This document shows, piece by piece, positions 30,411 through 46,179 of a DNA stretch of 64,000 nucleotides. How positions within the stretch are numbered: position 1 is the first letter of the stretch; each line of letters starts with the position of its first letter. The notes beneath the pieces were generated by a model, which saw nothing but the letters and a program-made list of their open reading frames with translations, ran no database searches and was not told the DNA's origin. The stretch lies in the NCBI RefSeq assembly GCF_009914755.1, contig NC_060932.1; one strand, written 5' to 3'. Origin of the DNA: the human T2T-CHM13v2.0 reference genome, Homo sapiens. Made by a program: the position numbers and the translations under genes.

Positions 30411-32435
30411 ATTATCTGAGAATATGCTGTATTTAGCAAAAAATAATTTGCGATTACTAGGTACTTCAGTGCATGTAGAGAGGGTATTTTCTCAGTTAAA
30501 AGTAATGTATTCTATGGAGACCAGTCAATTGAAGGTTTCAACAATTTCAAATTTATTAGCATAAAGCACAGCTTTGAAAACAAATGCAGGCAATTTTATG
30601 AAAAAATGGAAAACAATAAAACTGTATTTCAAAAATACATTGTCCACAAATAGAATAATAATGACCAATATTACTTGTACAACTAAGATGGTGTTTAAAT
30701 TAAATGAATATATAACATAAATAATCATACTACTTGTTATTTAATGTGCTGATAATCAATACAAATATTCTTTTGCTTTTATGAATAGAAATAGATATTG
30801 CTTTCTTAAAGAAACATTTTATTTCAAAAATATTTTATAACACTTCCATAGGCCCAAACCCCACTTGTTAGTAAATACTTATTTTAAACTTGTATAAGAT
30901 TATAGTTATTTTAATACTCTTTTTAATCTCAAAATAGACTTGTTTGGCCAATAAAGTATATGAACCCCTTTATTACAGAAAAATAAGCAGACAGTCATAC
31001 TACAGCATGATTTTAGAGTAGGGAAAATACAGGATTCTTTTGCAAAAGAATAAAAAGCTGTCTAATCTACTCCCTGGTGGAGAGGGTGTCATGGAATATT
31101 TATTAGAGGAAGTTGATGACATTTATACCTAAAAGATAGGATAAGTTATCCAACTGAGGAAACAGAGAAGACTGTTTCAGGGAGGGTGAACAGCAAAAAA
31201 AACTAGCTCAGGGGTAAAGTTAGGCCCTCCCCATGAAATAAGCAGGGTCTTTGGAGTTGCATAAAATAATTTGGAATTAAACCAAAGATAAGGGGGAAAT
31301 CAATACAGTGCTTAAATAAAGTAGTGTCCTGAGAAGGATTTTCTGAAGGGCATTTAGAAGATTGATTCTAAAACACACATAAGTTTCTTAATTCTTTTAT
31401 TCTGACCTGATGGATTTTCTAGTCCAGCCAGTTGTACCCCTGACCTTGTGCTCTCTTTTTCTGGTATGGCTTTCCTAGGCTCAAAAATCCCAAAGTGCTA
31501 CCCTCTAAAATTATGGATAAAAGGCTCTATTAATATTTATGTCTCCTTGTGGCAGGCCACAGATATGAATTAATTACTGCATCTGCACAGATGTGGCCTG
31601 ATTACGCAAGGCGGAACTAAGCTAAACAGCCAGCATGATAAACCCAAGACTGGCAAGGTAGCAGGAGAATTTTGAGATATATTCAAGTTGAATGCTTTTA
31701 TCGGTTCTAAGTTGTTAGTTCTTGGAGGAGAGTATTGTTCCCTAACAAAGCCTAACACAGTGTGCAGTACACAACAAGTACTCACTAAATATTTGTGAGA
31801 TGAATAAAACCAAGAATCTTGAATATGTTTTAGGCCTATCACTATAAAAAAATTTTAATGTCTTATTGTAATTGTTCTATTTTGTTTTGACAGGTGATGA
31901 AAATAATGCTTCCCTTAGTTGAAATTCTTAGGAAAATGGCTCCATAAATATGTATGTAGGATGCTATTACTCACTCATTATTGACAGTTGTATCAAGTGT
32001 GATATAAAACACAATTTTCAGTGACAATGGAATAATTACAGTCTTGTAGTCTTGGAATAGCCCCTGATCACTACTGTTGCTGATTCTGTCATTATATTTT
32101 GTGTCACCTGGTTCCCAGTGGACTGTCAACACTCTTTACATCCTGGAATCTGAAATCAATTTTGTTGAGTTAACAAAGCTACATCATTACATGTATCAAC
32201 TGGGGGATCTCAGATAAATTCATATGGGTCTGATTATCCTTAAATAAACCATATAAACAGTAGATTGTTATAACTGACAAGGGATCGTGTTCTGTCTAGT
32301 CAGAGAACTTAAGTTAGGGAGGCATGCTGTACAAAGTATAAAAATGTTTCAAAGGATAGAATTGTTAAATTTCTGTTGTTTTAAGCCACCCATTGTGTAG
32401 TACTCTGTTATAGTAGCCCAAGAAAACCAATACAC

Positions 32436-32805
32436 TGTATAATGGAACATTATTTAGCCATAAAAAATGAATTAAGGGCTGATACATGCTACAATGCAGA
32501 CAGACTTTAAGAAAACATAATGTTAAGTACAAGAAACCAGACACACAAGACTATTTATTATGTGGTTCCACTTATATGAGACGTCTAAAACAGAAAAATC
32601 TATAGAGATAAGCAAATTAGCACATGTCAAGGGCTGGGGTGAAATGTAGAGTGACTACTAATGAGTACACAATTTTTTTTGAGATGATGAAAATGTTCTA
32701 AAATTGTCGTGATAGTTGCATAACTCTGTCATTATACCAAAAAAATCATTGAATTGTATAATTTAAAAAGTATGTGAATTATATCTCAATAAAATATTTT
32801 AAAAA
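32436..32805 (+). mobile_element. L1ME/MC 3'UTR fragment
   Basis: aatggaacattatttagccataaaaa...gatgatgaaaatgttctaaaatt...tgtgaattatatctcaataaa. Confidence 0.8.
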
Positions 32806-34089
32806 CAGAATTATTTAACATAGTTGTGGTTGTATTAGTGAACAACAAGCTATCATTGAAAGTCAGCTTCATGAAATTTCCTAAGTGATATTTTGAAATA
32901 CTAGGTTATTCACCCATACATTTCCTTAAATCAAAGGAAATCCCTGCACCTGGAGTAAGACCACCCAACTACCAGCAGGAAAAGAGTATTCAAAGACTCA
33001 CTTGGAGTAATAATTATCTAGTAGGAGTCAGGTGGGACTCCTAGAAATTTGTATGTGCTCCTTGGAGACCGTCCAACCCTCTCTGTTGCAATATTCACAA
33101 CCCTATCCCCATTACCTGATTTGGGACCATCTGTTCTTAAACACTTCTGTGAATCTTTCTTTCATTGTATAACATTAATTGAAATGAACTTTTTCCTTGA
33201 GGACACTGTTTCCCATGTAGACCTTTCAAGCAGTGGATTTTTTTTACTTCCACATACCACAACACAGAAAAAAAGGTTTACTTTTCATGTATTTCTTTTC
33301 TTTTAAGACCTACTCTAAGTAGTAGAATTTTTTATCAGTGAGATTTATTTGCCTTGCTTATGGAGACTCACTTTGACTAACATTAGATACTTAATTTTTT
33401 ATGTGGATTAGTACACAATTATATTCAATTTTCTCAAAGAGTACACATTCTCTCAAAGCAGCGTATTAAAACCAAAATGTTTTATGTGACCCTAAGTTCT
33501 CTTTTCCCCAAGGTGACATAATAACAATATTTCTTAGAAATTTCTTCATGCACAGGGAGACAGCTGATCTTTTATCATGTCTCAAGGACATATCATCATA
33601 AATGGATGGCATTCTAATAAATGGAAATTAAATGGTGCGATAGATTGTTCTGGTACTGAGAAGGAAGGTCTGGGCTAGTTAATTAGACTTAACAGTCATT
33701 TAGACAAAAGATAAAAAGATGATGGAACTTCACTGGAGTGAGGTTACTTGCTTTCCTTCAGCCTACACTCTCAGTTCTGCTAATGACCTATTTGTTTCTC
33801 AAACCTAGTCTACCCTGGCCATATCGACCCCAAAGAGAAACTAGATAACTTATGCCAACTTGAGGCAATAACTGGGAGATTAGAGAGATAACCAGCAATT
33901 GGTACCTTCTTTTCTTTTTCCTTCTTTCTTTATCTTCCTCCCCTCAAATAGTCCAGAAGTTAATATGGCTCATTTTTTTCCTTTGCTCCGTGTGAATGGA
34001 TTAGTAACGATTGCTTTGAAATAACCTAAAACAATGCCCTACAGATACATTAGCCGCCATTTCCTGTGCAGAATTCTTCATTAGCTCTG

Positions 34090-35108
34090 CTCAAACCTTA
34101 TACTTTGATGACCTCTGCCTCCTTCTACATTTTTCTCTCATGATTATTGCACCAAAATTCCATTTTGTTATCAAATCTAGGACCTTAGGGGGAGTCATGA
34201 AGCATGCTGTCTCCCTTGCCCATTCTCTCTTACATAGCCCAACAAATCCACCCATTAGAACAATTACCTTTTTACTTCCTGAATTTGTCCCCAACCACTT
34301 ATCTTGTCTATTACCACTGTCTCAGCTTCATGCAGGATCTAATTTTTTTCAGAACTATTGTAATATTCTTCTAATTGGGCTCTCTGCTTAGTCTTGCTTT
34401 TAACTAATACATCGAATGGCTGTCAATGTGATCTTAAGTAACATATATCAATCACTATGTTACTCCCTTTGTAAACTCCTTCAGTGAATTTCATATTTTT
34501 TTAAAAAAAATCTAAGTCTCCTGGAATAACACATAAACCTGAACTTATATGAATAATTCTTTTTCAGAGTTTGCCAAAAGAAAATGAAAAAGTCAAGTAA
34601 AACAGTTTAATTAAAAATAATCACCTTTCTCACTTCTTAAAAAATTCAGACCTTATCTCGTCATTTGGTCTCATAGCTTTTGTTTTTCCCTTTTTAAAAA
34701 TTGCTCTCTCTCCATCTCAGTCTACAGTAGGATCTTGATGCATAAGAGCTTTTATATTTCCACACATTTAAATGTTATTATTTCTACTCCATGGAATGCC
34801 CTTTCCTTTCATGACGCTGAGGTGAAATTCAAATCATTCTTCAAGTCCCAGATGCATTGTTAGCTCTATCATAAGATCTTCCACAATCCTTTTAATCAGA
34901 GTTTATCACTGCCTTCTTGATCTACAAGAATAATGGATTATATTTTATTACAGTACTTTAAATTTTTATCATAATTATATATTTCATGGCCATTGCTACT
35001 ATAGAAGAGCAAGGTTGGTCTCTATTATTATGTCCTCAAAACCTCACATAGAGCCTGGCCTATATGTGATCTGTAAATGTTTGTCAAATGAGTGAATGAT
35101 TGAATGGA
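34090..35108 (+). mobile_element. L2 LINE 3' fragment
   Basis: Pyrimidine-rich L2 body ending aaatgtttgtcaaatgagtgaatgattgaatg. Confidence 0.7.
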
Positions 35109-36464
35109 TCCATAAATTAATGAGTGAGGTCAGGTAGAATGACAATCAATATTATGTGGCTCGAGCAACTAATACTAGAGATTCAGGTTTGGTATTTGAA
35201 GACCAAGGACTATATCTTTGTTTCTGCAAAAAATTAAGAGCAAAGTGGGATAACAAATCCAGAGTACTGAGATATTAGGCAGAGAGTCAAGTGAGTGACT
35301 CAGGGACAATGGGATAGTGGGACATGTGGTACAGAAAATAAAGTAAAAATTTAATTACTTGAAACAGAGAGCTAGTTAAGGACAAACTATGGCCAAGATG
35401 GACTACAACAAAGGAGCTGAGTGGATCTTTGCAGTTACACCAAGACCAGGCTGAATAGCACTGTTTAAAAAAGTGACTTCAGCTTTATTAATTATTAGTG
35501 TGTGACTAGAGAACAGGTCAATGAAATCAATACCCATTTTTTTTAAAAACAAAAAAAAACCCTATTCTCTACTTGTTAGCAGCCAGTGGGAAGCATGTTT
35601 GTGAAAATAAATAATTTCTATTGAGAAAGAAGAAATTTTAGTGTTATTTATCTTTTAGCTGATTATAGTGCATGCATTTTGGTTGATGTGGGTGCATAGA
35701 ATACACACATTTGGATGTATGATTATCCATGTATGTATGTACACATATATACCATTTTATCCAATAAAGGATGTGATTTCAAGTGTTTTAGTCATGTTGC
35801 ATTGATAGGAGTTACCTTAAAGATCTGAATTTTAACATTTGAAAATCGAACTGTAAGCTCTACATCCTATGTAATTTTATCACAGAGATCACAATGTTTA
35901 AGTTAAATAAAGAAGAGACAAATAAATTTCTTTTTTGATTGAATCCATTACTTTATACAAGAGAAAAAAAACCTTTTTTCTTCAGTTTTATTCAAACAAT
36001 TCAGTTAAGTACTGAATTAATACAGTTAAGTACTGAATTATAATCTGATAACTTTAATTTTCAAATTATGTTTTATAAAATAACTCAGAAAGTTTTAGTA
36101 TACAGAATGGCTGCCTTTAACACCCCATCTTCTTGATTTAATGCTGTGATTACTTTCCCATTTTTACTTTATTTTTTATATGTGATATCTGATATAGGTG
36201 AGATATATATATATATGTTATCTCACATATATAACATAACATAAATATAGCACAATTATAAAATTAATACTTATAAACCCACCATACAGCATTAGAACAA
36301 TACTATCAAAGATTTTTTTCTAAATATAGTTTTTAAATTTGAGGAGCACAAAGCTCTTCAAAGATATATATGCATAATATTATTGGATTTCTCCATACAC
36401 TCCAAAGAAGATGTGACCATGAAATATAAACAGTGAAATATGAACAGAAGTGTAGTAAGAACCA

Positions 36465-36695
36465 GATAGTGATTCCTCATGTTTCCTTCCTCCTGCCATG
36501 GTGATTATGGAAACATCTGTTTGTTGAGATGAATCCTCTGTGAGTCTCGGACCACAAGTGACTACTATGAGCAGATACCCTTTGTTGACCCACTTTATAC
36601 AGGTAATGAGAATGATAAATAAAATTTTGTTTAAGTCATTAAATTTGAGATTTTTTTTTACTATAACTTAACCCAGCCTATCTTGAACTCATAAC
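36465..36695 (+). mobile_element. MLT1J/K-like LTR fragment
   Basis: ttccttcctcctgccatggtga...gtgactactatgagcaga...aaataaaattttgtttaagtcatt...ccagcctatc. Confidence 0.6.
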
Positions 36696-37074
36696 AAGTG
36701 GATATAATTGAGATTTTTCATCTGCATTATATTGAAAACACTCCAACCCATGTTGCTAAATGTTCTCCAAGTGTATGGTTTTGATAGTTGTTCTACAGAT
36801 GTGGCATTATTTTAAAAATCCAATAATTGCAAAATACTTGGATGTTTTTACTTTTTAATATTTTATGTTACTTTGCAACATATCATCTTGAACTGAAATG
36901 TATCCATCTCCATTTCTTTATGAAAAAGAAACAGAAGTTGAGTAGATGTAGGAACCCTGTTAAGACTTTCAATGCAGTTTGCTTTTTTTAAAAATGGATG
37001 AATTCATAATTCCACTGGCTGTGTTTGAACACGCTCATTTCAACTCATTCTGACACTGATAATTATAAAAATAA

Positions 37075-37707
37075 CACTGTTGGTGGGACTGTAAACTAGT
37101 TCAACCATTGTGGAAGTCAGTGTGGTGATTCCTCAGGGATCTAGAACTAGAAATACCATTTGACCCAGCCATCCCTTTACTGGGTATATACCCAAAGGAC
37201 TATAAATCATGCTGCTATAAAGACACATGCACACGTATGTTTATTGCAGCACTATTAACAATAGCAAAGACTTGGAACCAACCCAAATGTCCAACAATGA
37301 TAGACTGGATTAAGAAAATGTGGCACATATACACCATGGAATACTATGCAGCCATAAAAAATGATGAGTTCATGTCCTTTGTAGGGACATGGATGAAACT
37401 GGAAATCATCATTCTCAGCAAACTATCACAAGGACAAAAAACCAAACACCGCACGTTCTGACTCATAGGTGGGAATTGAACAATAAGAACACATAGACAC
37501 AGGAAGGGGAACATCACACTCCAGGGACTGTTGTGGGGTGGGGCGAGGGGGGAGGGCTAGCATTAGGAGATATACCTAATGCTAAATGACGAGTTAATGG
37601 GTGCAGTACACCAACATGGCACATGTATACATATATAACAAACCTGCACATTGTGCACATGTACCCTAAAACCTAAAGTATAATAAAATAAAATAAAATA
37701 AAATAAA
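37075..37707 (+). mobile_element. L1PA3/4-like 3' end
   Basis: Near-consensus ORF2 C-terminus (MFIAALLTIAKTWNQPKCPTMIDWIKKMWHIY), 3'UTR and (AAAAT)n tail. Confidence 0.95.
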
Positions 37708-38312
37708 CTGTAACAATTTGAGAAATGAAAATATCTTGTTTTCATAAGGTATAAGTGTGAATTACTAGTGATGGCAAATAAGTTTTCCATATACTTGGTG
37801 GTTTACATTTATATTTTAATAAATTTGATAATTCACACACAACACATATCTTGTGACTTTATAAGGCTTTTATATATTAAATATCTTAAACACTTTCTGC
37901 TGTTAATTTGAAAAATATGTTTTCACTCCAATACTTGCTTTTAATTTGAATTATGGTATTATTTTCAATGAACAGAAATTTAAATTTTTTATGTTGTGAC
38001 TTCTTTTTGTTGTTTTTGTTGTTGTTTTTTGATGCTTACAAATCTTTCCTCATCTTGATATTCAAAATTTTCTTCCATATTTTTTCATCATCTTGAGGTT
38101 TTATTTCCATATTCAACTCTTTGACACATCAAAAATGTGTTTAGTTTTAAAGAATAAAACAAATGTATTTTCTCCCAAATAGTTTTTAACTTTACAAAAG
38201 CTGAGATACGTGCATATCTGTGTGTATTAGATGTTATAATGTTATATACTATGTATTGATAATACATATGTTATATATTCCCTGGTTATATATGAATATT
38301 TGTGTGTGTATA

Positions 38313-39353
38313 CAGTTACTCCTTGAACAACATGGATTTAAACTGCCTAGGTCTACTTACACACAGATTTTTTTCAATAAATATATTAAAATTTTTAAAA
38401 TATTTGCAGTAATTTAAAACAACTGATAGATGAACCACACAGCCCAGAAATAAAAATAAAAAAATTTAAAAATGTAAGGAATGTCATGAATGCATGATAT
38501 ATTAAATATTAGTCTATTTTATCATTTTCTGCTGTAAAATACGTACAAATCTATTGTAAAAAGTTAAGTGTTATTAAACACAAACACAGACATTACATGT
38601 TGCCATTTGCAGTCAAGTTAAGTGGATGCAATGATGCAGTATTAAATCATAACTGTATAAAATTGACTATAGTACATGCTATACTACCGTAATAATTTCA
38701 TAGCCACCTCCTATTGCTACTGCGGTGAGCTCGTGTTGTGAGTATCCACTTTAAATGCAGTGTGTCTCTAATCATCTCTACGTTAGCAGCTCGTCTCTCC
38801 AGTAAATTGTGTATCACAGTAAAAAGTAATCTCTCGCAGTTCTTGTGTATTTTTCATCATGTTTGGTACAATACCGCGAACCTTGAATAACACCGTGAGA
38901 CCCATAGGAAGTGCCACTAGTGATGCTGGAAGTGATCCCAAGAACCAGAGAAAAGTCACGACATTACAAGAAAAAGCTAAATTGTCTGATACGTGACATA
39001 GATTGAGGTCTGCGGCTGTGGTTGCCTACCATTTCAGACGGAAGTTGCATCTTGTAAACAGACAAGGTAAACTTATGGTATCAAAAAATATAGTACAGTA
39101 TTGTAAACCATTTTCTCTTTTTTTAATTAATTTTCCTAATGATGTTTTCTCTAACCTAGTTTGTTGTAAGGATATGGTTTATAATACATATATCATACAG
39201 ATACATGATGATTGACTGTTTATGTTATTGGTAAGGCTTCCAGTTAACAGTTGGCTATTAGTAGTTAGGTTTTGGGGAAATCAAAAGTTATATGCAAATT
39301 TGACTGCATGAAGGCTTGGCACTCTTACCACTGTGTTGTTCAAGGGTCAACTA
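38313..39353 (+). mobile_element. Tigger3(b) DNA transposon
   Basis: TIRs cagttactccttgaacaaca / tgttgttcaagggtcaacta; TA on both sides; HTH remnant KNQRKVTTLQEK near 38940. Confidence 0.9.
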
Positions 39354-39659
39354 TACATATATGCATATATATATATATACACATACATATATCTTATTTA
39401 GTGTATAATATTGTTTCAAAATTATTTAGTATATAATATTGTTTAAATTTTTCTGATTAATTCCTGTTTATCCTTTAAGCATGCTTCAAACTACTTCTTA
39501 TGCTTTATTGCAATGCATAGTACTTCCAGAACATATTAAATAGTAGTAATGTCAAACATCATCTTTCAGTTCCTGATGTTAAGAAAAATTTATTCACTTT
39601 TTAGACCAATATTTTTGAAGGCCAGGCAATGTTTTGAGGCCCCATGTCTTAGGATTTGG

Positions 39660-40645
39660 TAGATGTACCAGGCAATGTTTTTAGACCTGGGAGTACATTG
39701 GTGAAAAAGACAGACAAACTTTCTCTTTTGTGGAGCTTAGTTTCTAGTTCTGGGGAGACAGTCACATAGTAGACAAAGAAAAAGACAAGATAATTGTAGA
39801 TAGTGATATGTGGTGTGAAGAAATAAAGTTAGAACAGTGAAGTGCAGGGTGATTGAGGAGTGGTACTGTGGTTTCATGGTAAGGAAGGGCCTCCTTGAAG
39901 GGGTAACTCCTTAGGTGTAGGGATGAGACATAAAACAGACAAAGATTTTGGCCAGTAAAGATAAGGAATGGGAAGGAATGAATAGTAAATTCATAAGTGC
40001 TGAGGTTCATAGTGTGAGAAGAGCAAGAGAATGATTACTGTGTCTGTAATTGAGCGAATAAGGAAAGGAGGGAAGGGAGAAAAGCGGGGAGAGGGTGAAA
40101 AGGTTGGCCGGAGTAGGCTTATGTAAGCTTGGCGGGACAAGAAAAAGACTTCAGATTTTGTTTAGAGTGCAAGTCAAGTCATTTGACGTGGTTTACATTT
40201 TTAGAAAGGATCATTCTGGCTATTGTGTAAGGAATGGATTTAGGAGGGTAAAAGGGAAGCAGGAGGCCACCTAGGAGTCTGCTGGAATGTGTAGGTGAGA
40301 GATGGTGATACTTCAGACAAGCAAGGTAGCACCAAGTAAGGAAAAAGTGGATCCATTTTGCATATATTTTGAAGGCAAAGTTGTCATGACTTGCTGATTG
40401 TTTTGCAATTGTGACAAAGAAAAAAAAGAATGTAGGATTATTGCCATGGGTCGACTCCTGGGTAGATAAAGTAAAATGAGGGAGACTTAGAGAGGAATAC
40501 ATCTGGTGCAGCAGTGTGCAGCAGTGAAGAGTTTCAGCTCTTGTGAAGTTAGAACATCTATTTGATATTCCAATGTAGTATAGGGTAGACACTTGTGTAT
40601 AGAAATCTGGACTTCAGGGGAGAATTTAGGATTGGAAATAGAAAT
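39660..40645 (-). mobile_element. L2 LINE fragment
   Basis: Purine-rich; aaaggatcattctggctattgtg..., ggaggccacctaggag..., tatattttgaagg are antisense L2 hallmarks. Confidence 0.75.
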
Positions 40646-41379
40646 ACTTTTACTGTCTCTTATGGAGCACCATTAAGAATGAAGCTGGTTAATGGCTAAG
40701 TTAGTTATCTTTTATGGGGAGATACTAATAAATAAAATATAAACATTTACAACCATTAGGTTATTGGCCATGTACTTTTGTTTTTGTTTTTGTTTTAGTA
40801 CACTGCCAAACAGAACTATTTCTAGATTTCAGGATAGAGTTTTCTTGAGCAAATAATTATATTGGTTTAATCACACGTACGAAATGGATGGCATGTATAA
40901 GCACAAAGCCACGTGTCAAATAACAAATAAGAGAGAGTTAACGGAGTAAGTAAAAATAGGTAAAAGGTCTAAATTTCTAGTTCTTAAATAAAATATAGCA
41001 TTGTTTGAATTAGTAAAATACGTTTTGATCTTCACTGACAGTAATATTTTGATACAAAATTTGGGGACAAGATTCTTTAGTACTCAAAAATAGTGTTTCT
41101 AACTGGTTATTGCTTTTTAACATTTTGTAAAAAAAAAGACCTTATTGTCCTCTCTCATATTAAATAATTTTTGTAAAGAAATATTTGTAATGATTCCAAA
41201 TTTGTCCCATAATTATTAAAAAATACAGTAATTAAGCTGTTAAAATGTTATTCTGCTTTTATTATTAAATGTGGAATATTACAAACACATAAACTTACAG
41301 ACAGTATATGATAGATCCTTAGGTACCTACTAGAGTTGAAAAATTCTCAAAATCTGTTCTTATATGTCTCAGATCTTTT

Positions 41380-42500
<1,121 letters not shown>

Positions 42501-44276
42501 ATTTCAAAAATTGCAACAGTTGGAATGAGATTATTCAAATGGTAGGGGGGTGGGTAGTAAGAGAGGATAAAAGAGTTGAGAACAAAGTTTTATAGGATTT
42601 TTTATATTTAGGGAGTTCAAAAGTGAGCCAGAGAAGAAGGCCAGAAATGATCAGAGCAAAAAGTAAATCTGGATATTACAATATCACAGAACTGGAAGGA
42701 AGCCTTCCAAGAAGAAAGCTGCTATAAGCAGTATTGCAAGTTGCAAAGAGGCAATCATTTTTGAGCAAAGTCTGCTGGATTTTTCTTGCTGAAGTCCTTG
42801 ATGATCACTGAGAATCCAATTTAGAAGAAGAGTGATAGCAAAAGTCAGCTTCTAATACATATATTACTAAAAAAAAAAATAGTGATGAGTTCAAGTTGAG
42901 AATAAAACTATCTTTCAAATTGTTTTGGGGTAAATAAGGAAATGCAATGGGATAGTCACTTAAGGGGTTAAATATTTGAAGAGAAATTTTCTGTTTTTAA
43001 AAACTAGAGATCAGAATTTACTATAAGCAGAAAGGAAGTAGCCATTTGGGATGGAATGACTGAAGAGCAAGATCAATTTCCATAAGAAGATGATGATATA
43101 AAAACATAAGATAAGGTAGGTGTTAAGCCTGACAATGAGAAGAAGAAACTTCTCTCCAGAGTACCAGTGTGAAGAAAGAAATAGAGAATGATGGTAAACA
43201 GATGTGAAGAGGAATGGAGAAAACACCTTTGAAAGGTTCAAGGAAGATTGCTGGGGTTAATGTGAGTAACTGAAAGTGTTGTATCAAGATCGTCCCTCCA
43301 ATCTGGTTCTGATATTCTCATATTTGAGAGAGGCTACAATACAGGACAAGGCACTAAAGCTCAGTTCCACTAGTATCTCTCTAGGACCTTGCGAGCACAA
43401 GATGGCACCGCTGAGTTCAGCAGCAAAGACCTAGCAGGTTTAGAACAAGATAGACAAAACCAAATGGTAAAATATATTAAACTGGTGAAGAACACATATT
43501 GGAAAGTGTATTTCCCATTTAAAAAATTCAGGTTCACAATCTTAAAATATCTAACTAAAGAAAAAAGCACAACAACAACAACAACAAAATGGCACTACTA
43601 TCAACAAAATCTTTGGCCTGGATGTAATCTGTGAGCCACCAATTTTCAGCCACACTTCTGGAAGGAAAGATGACTGTGAGGTCAGCCTGGGAGAAAGCAG
43701 CAGCATTCACAGCTTTGGCTTCATGTACCTGTAGCTTTGTGTAGAATTCCCTCCCCCTATCATCTTTGGTTTTCAACAACCAAAGATTGGACAAACAGAA
43801 GCCAGCATGACAGGCTGAATCAAGACTTATTTTAGTATTCTCAGGGTCAGGATATGTTTGTGGAGGGTGAGGCTTGTCAGAAGGTTGCAATGCACTAAAA
43901 CAAGGGTTCTTCCAAGAAGTTATCCAAAGGCCAAAGAGAAACCATTATCAGGTCATCTGCATAAAGGAGTTAGGCAGGACAGAATAATGCTTAGGCAGCA
44001 ATGGTTGGAAATCAAAGGAGGGAGATTAGAGAAACAAGAGTACAGAGCTCAGGAAGGGAGGTCTTTTTGAGAAATTTGGCCATTGCTGGAACCTAGTAAG
44101 GCATGTTAGAGGACATCTATCCACTTTTTGTATCTTTAAAGTGGAGTTTTTAGGGGAAGATAACACTTTCTCTAACATATCAGATCAAGGCCATTCCCAT
44201 CTTTCTTTCAACATGCCCTAGAGGCTTGAGAGCAGGTATCTGTGCTGAAAGTTTAAGAAGAAAAGGAGGAAAATGC

Positions 44277-44295
44277 TGGACACCAGGTGGCACTA
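44277..44295 (+). promoter_or_regulatory. CTCF motif candidate
   Basis: TGGACACCAGGTGGCACTA versus consensus TGGCCACCAGGGGGCGCTA, 16/19 with two commonly tolerated variants. Confidence 0.5.
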
Positions 44296-45962
44296 TGGTG
44301 TACCGCCTGTAGGATTTCCAGGTGTAGTAAAGAAATTTGAAAAGGCTGTAGACCACATGAAGCCTTTAGGAACGGATGGAGAGCAGAGGTATTATGTTTC
44401 CTGCTTAACTCCAGGAAGCTGCACCCTAGGGAAGAAGCATGGTTACATTTCAACAGGGATTAGAAAATTCAAGCTGAGTAGGAGGCCTTGAAAGATGGGT
44501 TTATGACAGGGGAGGAAATTGTAAAATATGCAAAATTTAATTGCGGAAAGTTGTTGAACTAATCTTGCCTAAGGGGCAAGTGGAGTATTAGAAACGCCTT
44601 GCTTTGAAAATCTAACTTGTTGGGTAATTCACAACTTGAAAGGCGAGACATTTTGTTTTGTTTCGGTTTTTAGACTATATTAAGGATAGGAAGATAATTA
44701 GACCTATTTTATGAATCACTGCTAAATAATGTTAAATGAAACAATGTACATAAAGTGGTTGAAACATTGTAGGTATTCAATAATTAATGCATATTTATAG
44801 TAGTATTGCTGAATGCCATTATTGCCATTTAAAAAATATGATGCTTATGGTTAAATACAAAAAAAAAAAAAATGTCCAGGACTATACCATTAGTGCTGCA
44901 CTGGTTAATTTGTCATACAGCCACTGTTTGTTTTGGTTTGTTCCTATTTTGAAACTAATTCATACTGAAATTTGGATTGAATTCTTGGCATCACAAATTA
45001 CACAATGTGTCTCAGGCTCTAAAGAGGCCTTAACAGGGTGCAGGGCTCATCATGTCTAGTTGTTACAATATAGCAAAATAAATATTATGGTAAGACATTA
45101 GGCCAGAGATAGTAATGCTCACCAAACACGGTGTTTGTTACCCTTAATTTCTCAGCAAACTTAATGAGTTAGGAACATATCAACAATTCTGGCAACTGTT
45201 CTATGGTCATAACTGATTTCTGGGTCAAAGCACAGAAGTGCAGTTTGCAAAACTCTAATCAACCATGCATTTAACACCATGAGAGTTATTGGTAAACTCG
45301 ATGAAAATAGTTTTAGGAATAGAAAGGAACTGGAGAAATTGCAGACATACAGACAATTCTTTGAAGGAGTTTTTTATTGTGAAGGGGAGCAGAGAAACGA
45401 ACAGTAGCAATTTTGGAAAGAGAGATCAAAAGATTATTATTTTTTAACTACAAGGGAAGTATCATGTTATATTCTGGTGGAAATTATTCAGTAGAGAAGG
45501 TCAAATAAAGAAAACTAGTAGATAAAAGCAAATAATTTCCAGATCCATGTTCTTGAGCAGGCAGGAGAGGTGGGTTCAGGAGTCCAGCAGAGGGATTGGC
45601 CTACAGATCACTGACAGTTCAACTATAGGAGGAAGGAAGGAAGAGTGGATGGGTACAGGTTCTAGTTAGAGGGGATGCTCTTCATTTAATGGGTATTCAC
45701 ACCAATGTACTTTTTAGTAATGAGCTTTAGTAGTATTTTTAAAATATACTTTGATTTACACAAAACAAAGATGAATTTTAGATATAAAATGAGCTACCTA
45801 TTAAGAGTAAGGAATTTTAAATGTAATAAAATTTTAGAGCTAAATATTATTGTCTTCCCTTGAAAAGGGAAAAAATTAATTGGGATTGTTAATAATAAGT
45901 TATTCCACAAGTAGCCATACTCTCTGGAAAAGTTTTTCCAGCTCAGTGTTTGCTGTATAGAT

Positions 45963-46179
45963 CAGGGTTTGGCAAACTACAACCTTTGGGTCAAATTGGA
46001 CCGACATGTGTTTATAGAAATAAGGATGTATTGTAACACAGCCATGTTCATTCATTTACTATTGTCACTAGCTGTTTTCATGCTACAAAGGCAAAGTTGG
46101 GTGTGACAAAGATCTATTTTCTGCAAAGCCAAAAATATTAAGTTTCTAGCTGTTTACAAAAAAAAATTGCAGACCCCTG
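45963..46179 (+). mobile_element. MER58A (hAT-Charlie MITE)
   Basis: TIRs cagggtttggcaaa / ttgcagacccctg; internal aacacagccatgttcattcatttac. Confidence 0.85.

Noticed and set aside
43389-43634. 81-aa ORF with a plausible-looking N-terminus
   Set aside because: TTG start, runs into a (CAA)n tract, no recognisable homology; better explained by the CTCF/YY1-like motif.
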